From: an uncultured Desulfovibrionaceae bacterium
GTDB lineage: Bacteria; Desulfobacterota; Desulfovibrionia; Desulfovibrionales; Desulfovibrionaceae
Direction of reading: 5' to 3'
Length of the DNA: 64,000 nt
Assembly (NCBI GenBank): GCA_964371865.1
Contig: CAYJOR010000002.1
Span: 56,465 to 120,464, forward strand
Positions 37,144-47,642 of the stretch are shown one piece after another (the first letter of the stretch is position 1; the number at the start of each line of letters is the position of its first letter). Below the pieces are notes generated by a model. That model had not been told where the DNA came from. It did no database searches and was given only the letters and a program-made list of their open reading frames with translations. Position numbers and translations under genes: made by a program.

Positions 37144-38346
37144 ATGAAAATTCTTTTTATTTCAAAATATTGTCCTTCTCATTTTCAAAATATTCTTTTG
37201 TACTTTTCTGTTAACCCTCAAAATCATATACACTTTTTTTCTGAATACAGGCATCAAGAACTAGCATTGAAAAATGTTACTTATACAAATATTAGATTCC
37301 CGCGTGTTCAGTATAAAGGAAGTAAATCGGAACAGACATCTATTAGGCTACTACGACGTTCTTTAGCGTTTTCAAACGCCTTAGATCGACTAAAAAATAC
37401 TGGGTTCACACCTGATATTATAGTTGCTGATACAAACCACGCTTGCTCTTTAAACTTGCCTGAAATTTTCCCTAATGTTCCAACAATTGGATTTTGTGAA
37501 TGGTTTTTCCAAAGTGATCTTTCGCCTAATCTTGATAAATCTGAAGAAGATTATTCACCAGAGTTTTTACCATTTAAAATTAATAATATGTTTCAACTTG
37601 AAACTTTAAGAACTTGTACAAAACTCTTCACTTTTTCTCAATGCCAAAAAAAATCTTTTCCAGAATTTATACAAAAGAAAATATCTGTAATTCCTCAAGG
37701 CATTAATACAGACTTCTTTGCACCAAAACTAGAAAAGAATAAAATACCATCTTTTTTAAATGGGTATGAAGACAGCGAAATAGTCTTACTTTCTTATAGA
37801 AATACAAAAAGCGAACAGACTCTTTCTGTTGCTCTAAACGCTTTGAAAGAAATTTTTAGAAGTAGAAAACAAACGAAATTACTTCTTTTATCAAGAGCAA
37901 ATGTAAATCCAGAAGAATTGCAAAAAGTATTACACCAAGCACAGCAAGTACTTGGAGAATTTAGCAATCGCATAATTGTTCACACAGGAGCAACCATAGA
38001 AGAGTATAAATTCGCCCTTCTAAGAGCTAGAGTACTACTCTATCCATTCAATATGCTTTTTGTGAATACATCGCTTTTTGAGGCATTCAGCTGTGCAACA
38101 ACTGTGATAGCACAACAGTCTCCAGCTCTAGAAGAGTTTATTACACATGGAGAAAATGCCTATTTTCATGCTTATGATAGACCGGATACATTAGCGCAAT
38201 TAGTAGAAGAAGTTCTAAATGATCCGAATTTATCGAAAAATCTCAGAACACAAGCACGAAAACAAGCAGTTACATCATTGTCAATAAAAACCGAGCTAAG
38301 AAAAATCGTTAAAACTATTGAACCTTTTATCCAACAAGAGAATTAA
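37144..38346 (+). CDS. GT-B fold glycosyltransferase (group 1 / GT4-like)
   Basis: C-terminal E-x7-E-like region SLFEAFSCATTVIAQQSPALEEFITHGENAYF. 400 aa. Confidence 0.6.
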   Translation: MKILFISKYCPSHFQNILLYFSVNPQNHIHFFSEYRHQELALKNVTYTNIRFPRVQYKGSKSEQTSIRLLRRSLAFSNALDRLKNTGFTPDIIVADTNHACSLNLPEIFPNVPTIGFCEWFFQSDLSPNLDKSEEDYSPEFLPFKINNMFQLETLRTCTKLFTFSQCQKKSFPEFIQKKISVIPQGINTDFFAPKLEKNKIPSFLNGYEDSEIVLLSYRNTKSEQTLSVALNALKEIFRSRKQTKLLLLSRANVNPEELQKVLHQAQQVLGEFSNRIIVHTGATIEEYKFALLRARVLLYPFNMLFVNTSLFEAFSCATTVIAQQSPALEEFITHGENAYFHAYDRPDTLAQLVEEVLNDPNLSKNLRTQARKQAVTSLSIKTELRKIVKTIEPFIQQEN

Positions 38347-38702
38347 TCGTTTTTGCTAAATGCGAGAAGTACATTTTCAATAATAGCTAAAGCAAGTTTT
38401 TGATCTTTTTTAGATAACTTCTCAAGTTGATCACTTAAGTAATTTGATCTAGTTTCTGTGCTTTCATTTTCACTACGGAATAAGTCGAGCACTGAACACT
38501 CTAAAACACTAGCTAAAGATTCTAATCTTGAGAATTTAGGTGCTATAACACCCTTTTCCATACGAGAAAGAGATTCTTGTTCAATTCCAAGCATAGAAGC
38601 AACTTCAACTTGTGTATATCCTAGTCTTCTTCTTTTACTTGCTATTTTGTTTCCAACTCGTTGTGCCAATGTTAAATTGTTTTCATTTTTTCTAATAGCC
38701 AT
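38343..38702 (-). CDS. XRE-family HTH transcriptional regulator
   Basis: RVGNKIASKRRRLGYTQVEVASMLGIEQESLSRMEKG is a Cro/C1-type HTH. 4-nt tail-to-tail overlap with the glycosyltransferase gene. Confidence 0.85.
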   Translation of the reverse strand: MAIRKNENNLTLAQRVGNKIASKRRRLGYTQVEVASMLGIEQESLSRMEKGVIAPKFSRLESLASVLECSVLDLFRSENESTETRSNYLSDQLEKLSKKDQKLALAIIENVLLAFSKND

Positions 38703-38929
38703 ATCGACCTCTCTCTGTTATATAGCCTTTTCAATAAAAAGTTTTTTACTGAATTAAACTACTATTATCTGAATATATACTTTAAAGTATAGATTCTTTA
38801 TAACTATATAAACACTATTTCTAAATTATGCAATAGACATAACATACTAATTTTATATACTATTTTTTTACAGAGTTCTATCTATTTGTACTTCTTAGTT
38901 AAAACTTTATAACTTTTTACGATTAACTA

Positions 38930-38985
38930 AAAAAAATACATTCTTTATAGTTATTTCTAACCACAAAGAATGTATTATTTTTTTA
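38930..38985. terminator. Bidirectional terminator downstream of the ACT-domain gene
   Basis: ATACATTCTTT (38936-38946) / AAAGAATGTAT (38965-38975), flanked by an A-run and a T-run. Confidence 0.6.
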
Positions 38986-39030
38986 AACATCTTATTATAT
39001 CAAGATAATATAAATTTCAAAAATATTTTT

Positions 39031-39048
39031 TATACGTATATACGTATA
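39031..39048. repeat. Perfect 18-bp palindrome TATACGTATATACGTATA
   Basis: Self-complementary by inspection. Lies 44 nt downstream of the ACT gene stop. Confidence 0.9.
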
Positions 39049-39091
39049 AGGTGTAAAAACTGATATTTTGAACAGTGTAAGCAGATATAGC

Positions 39092-39481
39092 TTATGCCTC
39101 TAAACATTTCACAGCTGCGTCAAGGTCGGTAGGGCGCAAAACAAGTGTTGCTTTTTCTGTGCAAGGTTTAATAAACACATACATATATTCTACGTTCACA
39201 CCACAGTCGGTAAGCTTTTTCATTGCTTTATGCAAACCACCTGGAATGTTATCAACTTCTACTTCCATTACTTTTGAAAGTCGAACTGTAACGTTATTCT
39301 CTTTAAGTATATCTGAAGCTTTTTTTGCATCATCTACAATTAAACGTAGAATGCCAAAGTCAGAAGTATCAGCTAGCGATAAGGCTTGTATACTGATTTG
39401 AGCCTCAGCAAGCAATGCTGTTATCTCTGTAAGGCGCCCTGGTTTATTCTCAAGAAAAACAGAAATTTGATCTATAATCAT
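39092..39481 (-). CDS. ACT domain-containing (amino-acid-binding-type) protein
   Basis: QISVFLENKPGRLTEITALLAEAQISIQALSLADTSDFGILRLIV is a typical ACT unit, and a second unit follows. Confidence 0.75.
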   Translation of the reverse strand: MIIDQISVFLENKPGRLTEITALLAEAQISIQALSLADTSDFGILRLIVDDAKKASDILKENNVTVRLSKVMEVEVDNIPGGLHKAMKKLTDCGVNVEYMYVFIKPCTEKATLVLRPTDLDAAVKCLEA

Positions 39482-39518
39482 AGCATGTCCTTTATCTATA
39501 TGTGCTGAAATCTATAAT

Positions 39519-39719
39519 TTATACTTGAGAAGAATCGTCATCTTTCTTCTGTTCTTTTTTTGGTGTTACATCAATTTCATCAGGTTCAGTTGAAGCCTGT
39601 TTGAAGTTACGAATTGCTCTGCCAAGCCCACCACCGATTTCAGGTAGTTTTTTTGCCCCAAAAATAACAAGAACCAAAAGTAAAATTATTAGTAGTTCTT
39701 GTGTGCCAAGTCCGAACAT
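39519..39719 (-). CDS. tatA: Twin-arginine translocase subunit TatA/E
   Basis: [40 protein letters not shown]. Confidence 0.9.
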   Translation of the reverse strand: MFGLGTQELLIILLLVLVIFGAKKLPEIGGGLGRAIRNFKQASTEPDEIDVTPKKEQKKDDDSSQV

Positions 39720-39815
39720 ACACCCTCCTTACGTTAGCTGTATATAATCATAAGTTTTGAAGACTATAGTCTATTTAACAAAATAAGGCAAGTCTTTATA
39801 GACTTGCCTTTCATT

Positions 39816-42074
39816 TTAGCCGCAGCGTGAATGTGAACAAGATGGGCAAATATGGCATCCTTCTTGGAAAACCATATCTTCGCCGCATTCAGGACATTGC
39901 ACTTTACCATCTAATGATGAATTACTACTTAATTTTTCGCTAGTAGCTTTAAGATATTTAGTTTCAAGCACCCATGCAATAGCATCAGGCACAGAAAGGA
40001 GCATACCTTTTTTCTGGAATACAGGGTGTTCACCACCGATTCCTTTAAGCTGACTTACAATAGATTTAACATCAATGCCAGATCTTAACGCAAGTGAAAC
40101 AAGTCTGCCAATAGCTTCTGCTTTTGCTGTTACTGAACGACCAGATTTTCCGATAGTTGCAAATACTTCAAAAGGTACACCATTTTCATCTTCATTTACT
40201 GTAAGATAAAGAACACCTAAGCCAGTTTGCATTTTTTGTGTGAAACCGGTTAAACGATCAGGGCGTTCTCTTACTACTATATGAGATTGAGATAAATCAA
40301 GATTTTGACTATGTTTTTTCTCTGTTTCGCCTGTATAAAGAACTTGAATAGATTTGCTTCCATCACGATATACTGTTACGCCTTTACAGCCTAATGAGTA
40401 CGCAAGACGATAAATTTTATCAATATCTTCAACAGTTGCAGAGTTTTCAAGGTTTACAGTTTTTGAAACTGCATTATCAGTATACTTTTGGAAAGCTGCT
40501 TGCATACGTAAGTGAGCTTCAGGAGAGATATCCATTGCTGTTACGTAAACATTACGCATTTTTTCTGGAAGAACATCAATTTTTTTAATGCTACCGTATT
40601 GAGCTAAAGCTTCCATAATTTCAGGTGATTGCAAATTATTACTTGCAAGTTCGCGCTCAAAGTAAGGGTTTACTTCTAAAAGTCTTTCACCTTCCATTAC
40701 ATTTTTAGCAAAACAAAGAGCAAACAAAGGTTCTACACCTGAAGAACAAGATGCAAGAATTGAAAGAGTTCCTGTAGGAGCAATTGTTGTAATAGTTGCG
40801 TTACGTAATGGTGTGCCACCTGCAAAGATTGACTCTTCAAATGCTGGGAATGCACCACGTTCTTTAGCTAATTGAGCAGATGCAACTCTACCTTCTGATT
40901 GAATGAAGCCCATAATTTTTTCAGCTAAAAGTACAGCTTCATCTGTATCGTAACCAAGTTCAAGCATGAATAGAAGGTCAGCAAAGCCCATAACACCAAG
41001 ACCGATTTTACGGTTAGTAAGAACTTTTTCTCTAATCAAGTCAAGAGGATACACAGAGGCATCAATTACGTTATCAAGAAAACGAACTGAAAGATGAATT
41101 GTGTTCTTTAGTCCTTCCCAGTCAATACATTTTTCAGGATTATCAACACAATTTGTCGGAAGATAGAACTTTGCAAGGTTGATAGAACCTAAGTTGCAAG
41201 CTTCAAACGGAAGAAGTGGTTGCTCGCCACAAGGGTTAGTTGATTCCATATCACCTTGAGCAGGAGTTGGATTGTCTTTATTGATTCTATCTAAGAAAAC
41301 AATTCCAGGGTCACCACTTTGCCAAGCTTTTTTTACTAGGATATCAAACACTTCTTTAGCGTTTAATGTACCTTTGATTTCATTAGAATGAGGGTCAACT
41401 AAGTTATAATCTTCGCCTTTTTCAACTTTTTCCATAAATTCTTCTGTAAGACCTACGGAAAGGTTAAAGTTATTGAATTCACCATCAACTTCTTTAGCTG
41501 CGATAAATTCCATAATATCAGGGTGGTTTACACGTAAGATACCCATGTTAGCTCCGCGACGAGTTCCACCTTGTTTGATTTGTTCAGTCGCAGTATTGAA
41601 AATACGCAAGAATGATAAAGGACCGGAAGCCACGCCACCGGTTGTTCCCACGCGTGAATCTTTTGGGCGTATACGAGAGAATGAGAAGCCTGTACCGCCA
41701 CCGGATTTATGAATCATAGCTGCATATTTTACAGCGTCAAAAATTTCTTCAATTGAATCGCCAACAGGAAGAACGAAACAAGCAGCTAGTTGACCTAAAC
41801 GAGTGCCGGCATTCATAAGAGTTGGTGAGTTTGGCAAAAATTTACCATGATTCATTAAATCATAAAAATTACGAGCCAATTCTTCAATTTTATATGTACT
41901 TTCAGGATATTTATTTTCTTCAAGCGCCATTGTAGAAGCTACACGCCAAAAAAGTGCTTTTGCATCTTCAGCAGGCGCTCCATTTTCATCTTTAATATAG
42001 TATCTTTTTTGTAATACTAGTTCCGCATTCGCCTGTAAATGCGTATTTTCTAAGTCAGTTGGCATAGAAAGCAT
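39816..42074 (-). CDS. nrdJ: Adenosylcobalamin-dependent (class II) ribonucleotide reductase
   Basis: FLPNSPTLMNAG, NPCGEQPL, TIAPTGT and a C-terminal Cys-rich zinc ribbon (CPECG...CPSCSHSRCG). 752 aa. Confidence 0.93.
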   Translation of the reverse strand: MLSMPTDLENTHLQANAELVLQKRYYIKDENGAPAEDAKALFWRVASTMALEENKYPESTYKIEELARNFYDLMNHGKFLPNSPTLMNAGTRLGQLAACFVLPVGDSIEEIFDAVKYAAMIHKSGGGTGFSFSRIRPKDSRVGTTGGVASGPLSFLRIFNTATEQIKQGGTRRGANMGILRVNHPDIMEFIAAKEVDGEFNNFNLSVGLTEEFMEKVEKGEDYNLVDPHSNEIKGTLNAKEVFDILVKKAWQSGDPGIVFLDRINKDNPTPAQGDMESTNPCGEQPLLPFEACNLGSINLAKFYLPTNCVDNPEKCIDWEGLKNTIHLSVRFLDNVIDASVYPLDLIREKVLTNRKIGLGVMGFADLLFMLELGYDTDEAVLLAEKIMGFIQSEGRVASAQLAKERGAFPAFEESIFAGGTPLRNATITTIAPTGTLSILASCSSGVEPLFALCFAKNVMEGERLLEVNPYFERELASNNLQSPEIMEALAQYGSIKKIDVLPEKMRNVYVTAMDISPEAHLRMQAAFQKYTDNAVSKTVNLENSATVEDIDKIYRLAYSLGCKGVTVYRDGSKSIQVLYTGETEKKHSQNLDLSQSHIVVRERPDRLTGFTQKMQTGLGVLYLTVNEDENGVPFEVFATIGKSGRSVTAKAEAIGRLVSLALRSGIDVKSIVSQLKGIGGEHPVFQKKGMLLSVPDAIAWVLETKYLKATSEKLSSNSSLDGKVQCPECGEDMVFQEGCHICPSCSHSRCG

Positions 42075-42405
42075 AAAATCTCTTCCTCATGTTTGTAATT
42101 TATCTATTAAATTTATAGATTTGGATACTCACTAAATAAAAAACAAAATTCCGATATCCGCGAAGATATCAGAAACTATTTAGCCGTATCGCTCAACTGT
42201 AGTATACAGACTTTTTTATTAAAATCTAGCTCTTAAAATTGAGTTTTCATGCAAAACATACTAATTTTATTTGTTAAAATTTTAATTCTTTAATAGGATT
42301 TTTAACTATCCAACTGTAATAATTGACAAAATAACATTTTTCTATTTTCTTGCTTTTCTTCTCATCTATGCTAGGTTCTGTTAATAGTTATTGAGGAGAA
42401 CAAAG

Positions 42406-43323
42406 ATGTCTTATACTGCAAGCACGCCAAATCAAGTGGATGAAGTTCCAACTTCACAAATTATTTTAGTTATTAAAATGATACTCTGCGCTCTTTTTTG
42501 GGGCGGAACTTTTATAGCAGGAAAAATTGCTGCTCCTTATATATCACCAGCATTTATTGGTTTTATGCGATTTCTCATCGCTTCGCTTGTTCTCTTTTTA
42601 GTCTTACAGACAAAAGGCGGACTCCCTCACCTCGATAAAAAGCAGTTTTGCGGAATAACTATCCTTGCTCTTACTGGGATTCTTGCTTATAACTTATTCT
42701 TTTTCCTAGGTTTACAAACTGTACCTGCTGCAAGAGCATCTCTTATAGTGGCAAATAATCCACTCCTTATTGCACTTGGTGCTGCCTTATTTCTAAAGGA
42801 AAAACTTTCTGCTCTCCAGCTTTTAGGTATTTCTATCAGTATTTGTGGAGCGATAACAATTATCAGCAATGGCAATGTATTAGAAGTACTTTCTAGTTTT
42901 AGTTATGGCGATTTTGCAATTTTAGGTTGTGTTATATCTTGGGCTATTTATTCTTTAGTCGGAAAAATAATTCTAAGAGGCATGACTCCGCTTGTAGCTG
43001 TTACGTGGGCGTGCATAATTGGAACTATATTCTTCGCTCCTTTTGCTTTCTTTATGACAGATTTAAGCAGTATCCCATCTTTATCATTTGATTTTTGGCT
43101 TTGTACTATTTATCTTGGAGTTTTTGGCTCAGCATTTGGATTTGTTTGGTTTTATGACGCTATAAAAGGTCTTGGAGCAACAAAAGCAAGCGTGTTCATC
43201 AACTTCGTACCTGTATTTGGTGTATTGCTCAGCGGAATATTCTTAAAAGAACCTATTACTCTAGCAATGCTTATTGGCGGTATGTTTACGATTGTAGGTG
43301 TATATCTCACAAATAAAAAATAG
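42406..43323 (+). CDS. EamA/DMT-family transporter
   Basis: Ten-TM-like duplicated EamA architecture. ATG 42406 sits behind GAGGAG; the track start was a TTG. Confidence 0.85.
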   Translation: MSYTASTPNQVDEVPTSQIILVIKMILCALFWGGTFIAGKIAAPYISPAFIGFMRFLIASLVLFLVLQTKGGLPHLDKKQFCGITILALTGILAYNLFFFLGLQTVPAARASLIVANNPLLIALGAALFLKEKLSALQLLGISISICGAITIISNGNVLEVLSSFSYGDFAILGCVISWAIYSLVGKIILRGMTPLVAVTWACIIGTIFFAPFAFFMTDLSSIPSLSFDFWLCTIYLGVFGSAFGFVWFYDAIKGLGATKASVFINFVPVFGVLLSGIFLKEPITLAMLIGGMFTIVGVYLTNKK

Positions 43324-43381
43324 ATTTTTATAAATATCATTCATAAATTAAGCGAATGATTTTTAGACAGATAAGCTAAAC

Positions 43382-43410
43382 AGGTGTATAGATTTTATAC
43401 ACCTTTTTTC
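43382..43410 (+). terminator. Terminator of the EamA gene
   Basis: AGGTGTATA-GATTT-TATACACCT followed by TTTTT. Confidence 0.75.
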
Positions 43411-43464
43411 ATATCTTTTCACATTTTAAAAAAATATATCATTGTATTCAGTATATTACAAACT

Positions 43465-43480
43465 TGGCACACTTCATGCT
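43465..43480 (+). promoter_or_regulatory. Sigma54-like -24/-12 element
   Basis: TGGCAC-ACTTC-ATGCT (GG-N10-GC; the -12 region is ATGC rather than TTGC). It ends 32 nt upstream of ATG 43512. Confidence 0.4.
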
Positions 43481-43511
43481 ATATCCTCTGTGTTGCGAAT
43501 ACGAGGTTTAT

Positions 43512-43715
43512 ATGAATAATTTATCAGTACAAAGAAAGTCATTTTCTAAAAGAATAGTTTTTATTACTTTTTCGATATTACTTCTTTTATTGTGTTTGTT
43601 TATACTTCTGTTTTCGTGCATGATTTTGTCCGATATTGATGCTTTGGTAAACAACGAAAATAGTATTTTGTTACTCCTCAATAATCTACTACAACCTATA
43701 GTATCATTATTTTAA
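43512..43715 (+). CDS. Hypothetical 67-aa single-TM peptide
   Basis: GAGG SD. MNNLSVQRKSFSKRIVFITFSILLLLLCLFILLFSCMIL... The track ORF started at a TTG inside the putative promoter. Confidence 0.35.
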   Translation: MNNLSVQRKSFSKRIVFITFSILLLLLCLFILLFSCMILSDIDALVNNENSILLLLNNLLQPIVSLF

Positions 43716-43904
43716 TATATATTTCATGACTTCTCCTTAAAGTTAAAAGTAAAAGAGCAGGAACTGCAACAACTGCTCTTTCCGATAAAAGGTAAAATTT
43801 TACACAAGCGGTTTTATCTTTTATCGGAACAGAACAAGTTTCAAAACACTAAAAACGAAAAACAATCTTTCATACATACTATTAAATACCTCCTTAATAG
43901 AATA

Positions 43905-43951
43905 CAAAAAATAAAGACTCTTCCCCCCCTAAAGAGTCTTTATTTTTATTT
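43905..43951. terminator. Bidirectional intrinsic terminator upstream of ileS
   Basis: AAAGACTCTT-CCCCCCCT-AAGAGTCTTT, a perfect 10-bp stem between an A-run and a T-run. Confidence 0.65.
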
Positions 43952-44045
43952 AAATGATAATTTACATTTTTCAATTTTCTTTTCCTTGACATTCTTGAGA
44001 GCTTGAACAATAATACAACTTATTTTAATTTTGAAGGCGGCACCC

Positions 44046-46859
44046 ATGGCTGATTATAAAGATACATTAAATTTACCGAAAACCTCATTTGCTATGAAAG
44101 CAAATTTGAATCAAAAAGAACCAGAAACACTCAAATATTGGGATAGCATACAAGCGTATGATGAGATGATTAAAGCATCTGGTCAAAAAGGTGAATTTGT
44201 ATTGCACGATGGCCCTCCATATGCAAACGGTAACATCCACTTAGGGACTGCATTAAATAAAATTTTAAAAGATATCATTATAAAATCAAAAAACATGCAA
44301 GGATATTCTTCACAGTATATCCCAGGTTGGGACTGTCATGGACTTCCAATTGAACATAAAGTTGAACTTCAACTTGGTGAAAAAAAGAAGACTGTCCCCG
44401 CTCATGTGGTTAGAAAACTTTGCCGTGAATATGCGCAAAAATATCTGAATATACAAAGAAAAGAATTTATCCGCTTAGGCGTTCTCGGTATCTGGGAAAA
44501 ACCATATATGAGTATGGACCCTGCTTATGAATCTGCAACTTCAAAAGAACTTGCAAATTTTGTTGAACGCGGTTCTATCGTACGTAGCAAAAAACCTATC
44601 TACTGGTGTGGCTCTTGTAAAACTGCGCTTGCTGAAGCTGAAGTTGAATACGCCGATCACACATCTCCATCAGTTTATGTTCGTTTCCCTTTCAACGATG
44701 AACGACTAAAAGACGCTTTTGAGCAAGCTGACCCAGAAAATGCTTATATTATTATCTGGACAACAACTCCTTGGACTCTTCCAAACAACTTAGCAGTAGC
44801 TCTTAACCCTGAATTTGAATATGCTCTTGTAGCTTATGAAGGCAAACAATACGTATTTGCTGCTGATTTAGTTGAACAAAGCACAAAACTTTTTGGTTGG
44901 GAAAACTATACTGTTCTTGGCAAAACTCTAGGTAAAAACTTAGAAAACCTTGAAGCAAAACACCCTTTCTACGATAGAAAATCTCCTATCGTTCTAGGCG
45001 ATCACGTTACTTTAGAAGCTGGTGTTGGTTGTGTCCACACAGCTCCTGGTCACGGTCGTGAAGATTATGAGGTTGGTCTAAAATACGGTTTAGAAATCTA
45101 TTCTCCTTTAAATGATGAAGCTAAATACTACGAAAGCGTTGAATTCTTCAAAGGTATGAACGTTTTTGAAGCTAATCCTCATGTAGTAGAAAAGCTTAGA
45201 GAAGTTGGAAATCTTATATTCGACCAAAAAATCTCTCACTCCTACCCTCATTGCTGGCGTTGTAAAAACCCTGTTATTTTCCGTGCTACAACTCAGTGGT
45301 TCGTAAGCATGGAGAAAAATAACCTTAGAGAAAAATCTCTTAATGCAATCCGTAACGATGTAAAATGGATACCTGCATGGGGTGAAGATCGTATCTTTAA
45401 TATGATTGAAACTCGCCCTGATTGGTGTATCTCACGTCAACGTATGTGGGGTGTTCCAATTCTTGCGCTCCTCTGCGACGATTGCGGGGAAGCATGGAAC
45501 GATCCAACTTGGATGCGTGAAATTTCTGAAAGATTTGCTAAACATACAACCGGTTGCGATTACTGGTATGAAACAGAAATTGAAGATGTTGTACCTGAAG
45601 GACTAAAATGTCCTCATTGTGGTGGCAACCATTGGAAAAAAGAAACTGATATTTTAGATGTTTGGTTCGATTCTGGAACAAGCTTTGCTGCTGTTGTTGA
45701 ACAAAGAGAAGAGCTTAGCTACCCTGCTACCCTTTATCTTGAAGGTTCCGATCAACACCGCGGCTGGTTCCACTCTTCACTTCTTGTATCAATGGGTACA
45801 CGTGATCAAGCTCCTTATAAAGAAGTTCTTACTCACGGATATGTTGTTGATAAAGACAGCCGTAAGATGTCTAAATCAATAGGAAACGTAATCGCACCTC
45901 AAGATATTATGGCAAAATTCGGTGCAGATATTCTTCGTCTTTGGGTTTCTTCTTCTGACTACAGAGAAGATATCAGAATTTCTGATGAAATTCTTGCTCG
46001 TTTGACAGAAGCTTACCGCCGTATCCGTAACACTTGCCGCTATTTACTAGGAAGCATTAACGACCTTACACCAGAAGCTCTTGTTAAAGTTGAAGATTTA
46101 CTTCCTGTTGATAGATATATGCTAGACGTTATAGTTCGTAACCACAACTTATTGCAACAAGCGTATACTGACTACGAATTCCATAAAGTTTACCATACAT
46201 TACACGGTCTTTGCGTAACTGAACTTTCATCATTCTACTTGGATGGACTAAAAGATAGACTTTATGCCTCACTCCCTAATTCACTCGAACGCCGTTCTGC
46301 TCAAACAGTTTTATTTGAAATATTAATGATACTTATCAGAGATATGGCACCTGTACTTTCATTCACAGCGGAAGAAGTATTGAAGTTCGTTCCTGAAGCT
46401 CTAAGACCTGATGTGAAAACTGTATTTGCAATCAGCGAATATCAAGCACCAAGCCTTCTTTCTGAAGCAGCTCTTAAAGACTGGGAAGCAATTCTAAACC
46501 TTCGTTCAGAACTAACAAAAGCTATTGAACCACAAAGAAAAGAAGGGCTTATCGGTCACTCACTTGACACAGCTGTAACGGTGTTTGCAGATGCGAATCT
46601 TGTTGATATGATTGAGAAAAAAGCTATTGATATGCGCGAAATCTGTATAGTATCACAGCTTTCAATCAAACCATACAGTGAAAAACCTGCTGCTGTAGCT
46701 GACTGTGCTGAGAATCTTGCAATCGTAGTAGAACGAGCAAAAGGCGAAAAATGCGAACGTTGCTGGATTTACACAGAAGAAGCTGGAAAAGATGCTGATT
46801 ATCCTACACTTTGTCCAAGATGTGCAAGCGTAATGCGTGCCTTGGAGGCAAATGCCTAG
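44046..46859 (+). CDS. ileS: Isoleucine--tRNA ligase
   Basis: [15 protein letters not shown] (HIGH), KMSKS, C-terminal Zn-finger CERCW...CPRC. Start set at ATG 44046. Confidence 0.97.
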   Translation: MADYKDTLNLPKTSFAMKANLNQKEPETLKYWDSIQAYDEMIKASGQKGEFVLHDGPPYANGNIHLGTALNKILKDIIIKSKNMQGYSSQYIPGWDCHGLPIEHKVELQLGEKKKTVPAHVVRKLCREYAQKYLNIQRKEFIRLGVLGIWEKPYMSMDPAYESATSKELANFVERGSIVRSKKPIYWCGSCKTALAEAEVEYADHTSPSVYVRFPFNDERLKDAFEQADPENAYIIIWTTTPWTLPNNLAVALNPEFEYALVAYEGKQYVFAADLVEQSTKLFGWENYTVLGKTLGKNLENLEAKHPFYDRKSPIVLGDHVTLEAGVGCVHTAPGHGREDYEVGLKYGLEIYSPLNDEAKYYESVEFFKGMNVFEANPHVVEKLREVGNLIFDQKISHSYPHCWRCKNPVIFRATTQWFVSMEKNNLREKSLNAIRNDVKWIPAWGEDRIFNMIETRPDWCISRQRMWGVPILALLCDDCGEAWNDPTWMREISERFAKHTTGCDYWYETEIEDVVPEGLKCPHCGGNHWKKETDILDVWFDSGTSFAAVVEQREELSYPATLYLEGSDQHRGWFHSSLLVSMGTRDQAPYKEVLTHGYVVDKDSRKMSKSIGNVIAPQDIMAKFGADILRLWVSSSDYREDIRISDEILARLTEAYRRIRNTCRYLLGSINDLTPEALVKVEDLLPVDRYMLDVIVRNHNLLQQAYTDYEFHKVYHTLHGLCVTELSSFYLDGLKDRLYASLPNSLERRSAQTVLFEILMILIRDMAPVLSFTAEEVLKFVPEALRPDVKTVFAISEYQAPSLLSEAALKDWEAILNLRSELTKAIEPQRKEGLIGHSLDTAVTVFADANLVDMIEKKAIDMREICIVSQLSIKPYSEKPAAVADCAENLAIVVERAKGEKCERCWIYTEEAGKDADYPTLCPRCASVMRALEANA

Positions 46860-47367
46860 TCAAGTTATACAAGAGAAAAAAGTAGATAATCGCTATAAAA
46901 TCATTGGTATTACAGCGTTAATCTGCTTTATTCTTGATCAACTAACTAAATTCATTATCATTTATACTCTCCCACTTTACGAGAGTATAAATGTTATACC
47001 GAATTTTTTCAATATTGTTCATGTGCAAAACAGAGGCGCAGCTTTCGGTTTTTTGAACAATCCTGATATCAATTGGCAATTTTGGCTTTTTGGTGTAGCA
47101 ACGATTTTTGCTCTTTGGTTAATTTACACACTTACAAAATCGTCACCTTACAACAAAATTCTATTTATATGCTTTGGGCTTATCGTTGGAGGAGCTTTAG
47201 GAAACTTCCTTGATAGAATCCTCTTTCAAGCAGTTACTGACTTCATAGATTTCTTTATTGGAACATGGCACTGGCCGGCTTTCAATATTGCGGACATAGG
47301 AATAACTGTGGGTGCTATAGGCGCAGCACTCTATCTATATAAGGTAGAGGAAAACTCTAAAAAATAA
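46852..47367 (+). CDS. lspA: Lipoprotein signal peptidase (signal peptidase II)
   Basis: [19 protein letters not shown] motifs. ileS-lspA synteny. The start is uncertain: ATG 46852 has GGAGG only 3 nt upstream, and GTG 46837 is the alternative. Confidence 0.88.
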   Translation: MPSQVIQEKKVDNRYKIIGITALICFILDQLTKFIIIYTLPLYESINVIPNFFNIVHVQNRGAAFGFLNNPDINWQFWLFGVATIFALWLIYTLTKSSPYNKILFICFGLIVGGALGNFLDRILFQAVTDFIDFFIGTWHWPAFNIADIGITVGAIGAALYLYKVEENSKK

Positions 47368-47404
47368 ATCATACAAAAGCAACACTGCTGTATGAAGGGA
47401 AAAT

Positions 47405-47611
47405 ATGCATATTTTACAGCTTGAACTCTGGCAAATACTTGTACTTTTTTCGCCGATGCTTATAATTTTTTGGTCCTTATTCGATATAAGCAAACGTACA
47501 TTTCAAAACCCGAATGAAAAATTCTATTGGATAGTTTTTTGCTCTCTAGTTCCGGTTATCGGCACTCTTATCTATATATTTTTTGGAATTAAGCGCGCAA
47601 AAAAATTATAA
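47405..47611 (+). CDS. Small membrane protein with a PLD-nuclease N-terminal-like (PLDc_N) domain
   Basis: 68 aa, two TM helices, ...YWIVFCSLVPVIGTLIYIFFG pattern. Confidence 0.55.
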   Translation: MHILQLELWQILVLFSPMLIIFWSLFDISKRTFQNPNEKFYWIVFCSLVPVIGTLIYIFFGIKRAKKL

Positions 47612-47642
47612 ACTACTCCATATTTCCATAGGAGATAACTAC

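Noticed and set aside
42075-42390. Cobalamin riboswitch or NrdR boxes upstream of nrdJ
   Set aside because: I could not find a B12-box-like core or a pair of 16-bp NrdR-type palindromes by eye. Only a short CTGTA-GTA-TACAG inverted repeat and the hairpin reported above were seen. This needs a covariance-model or PWM search.
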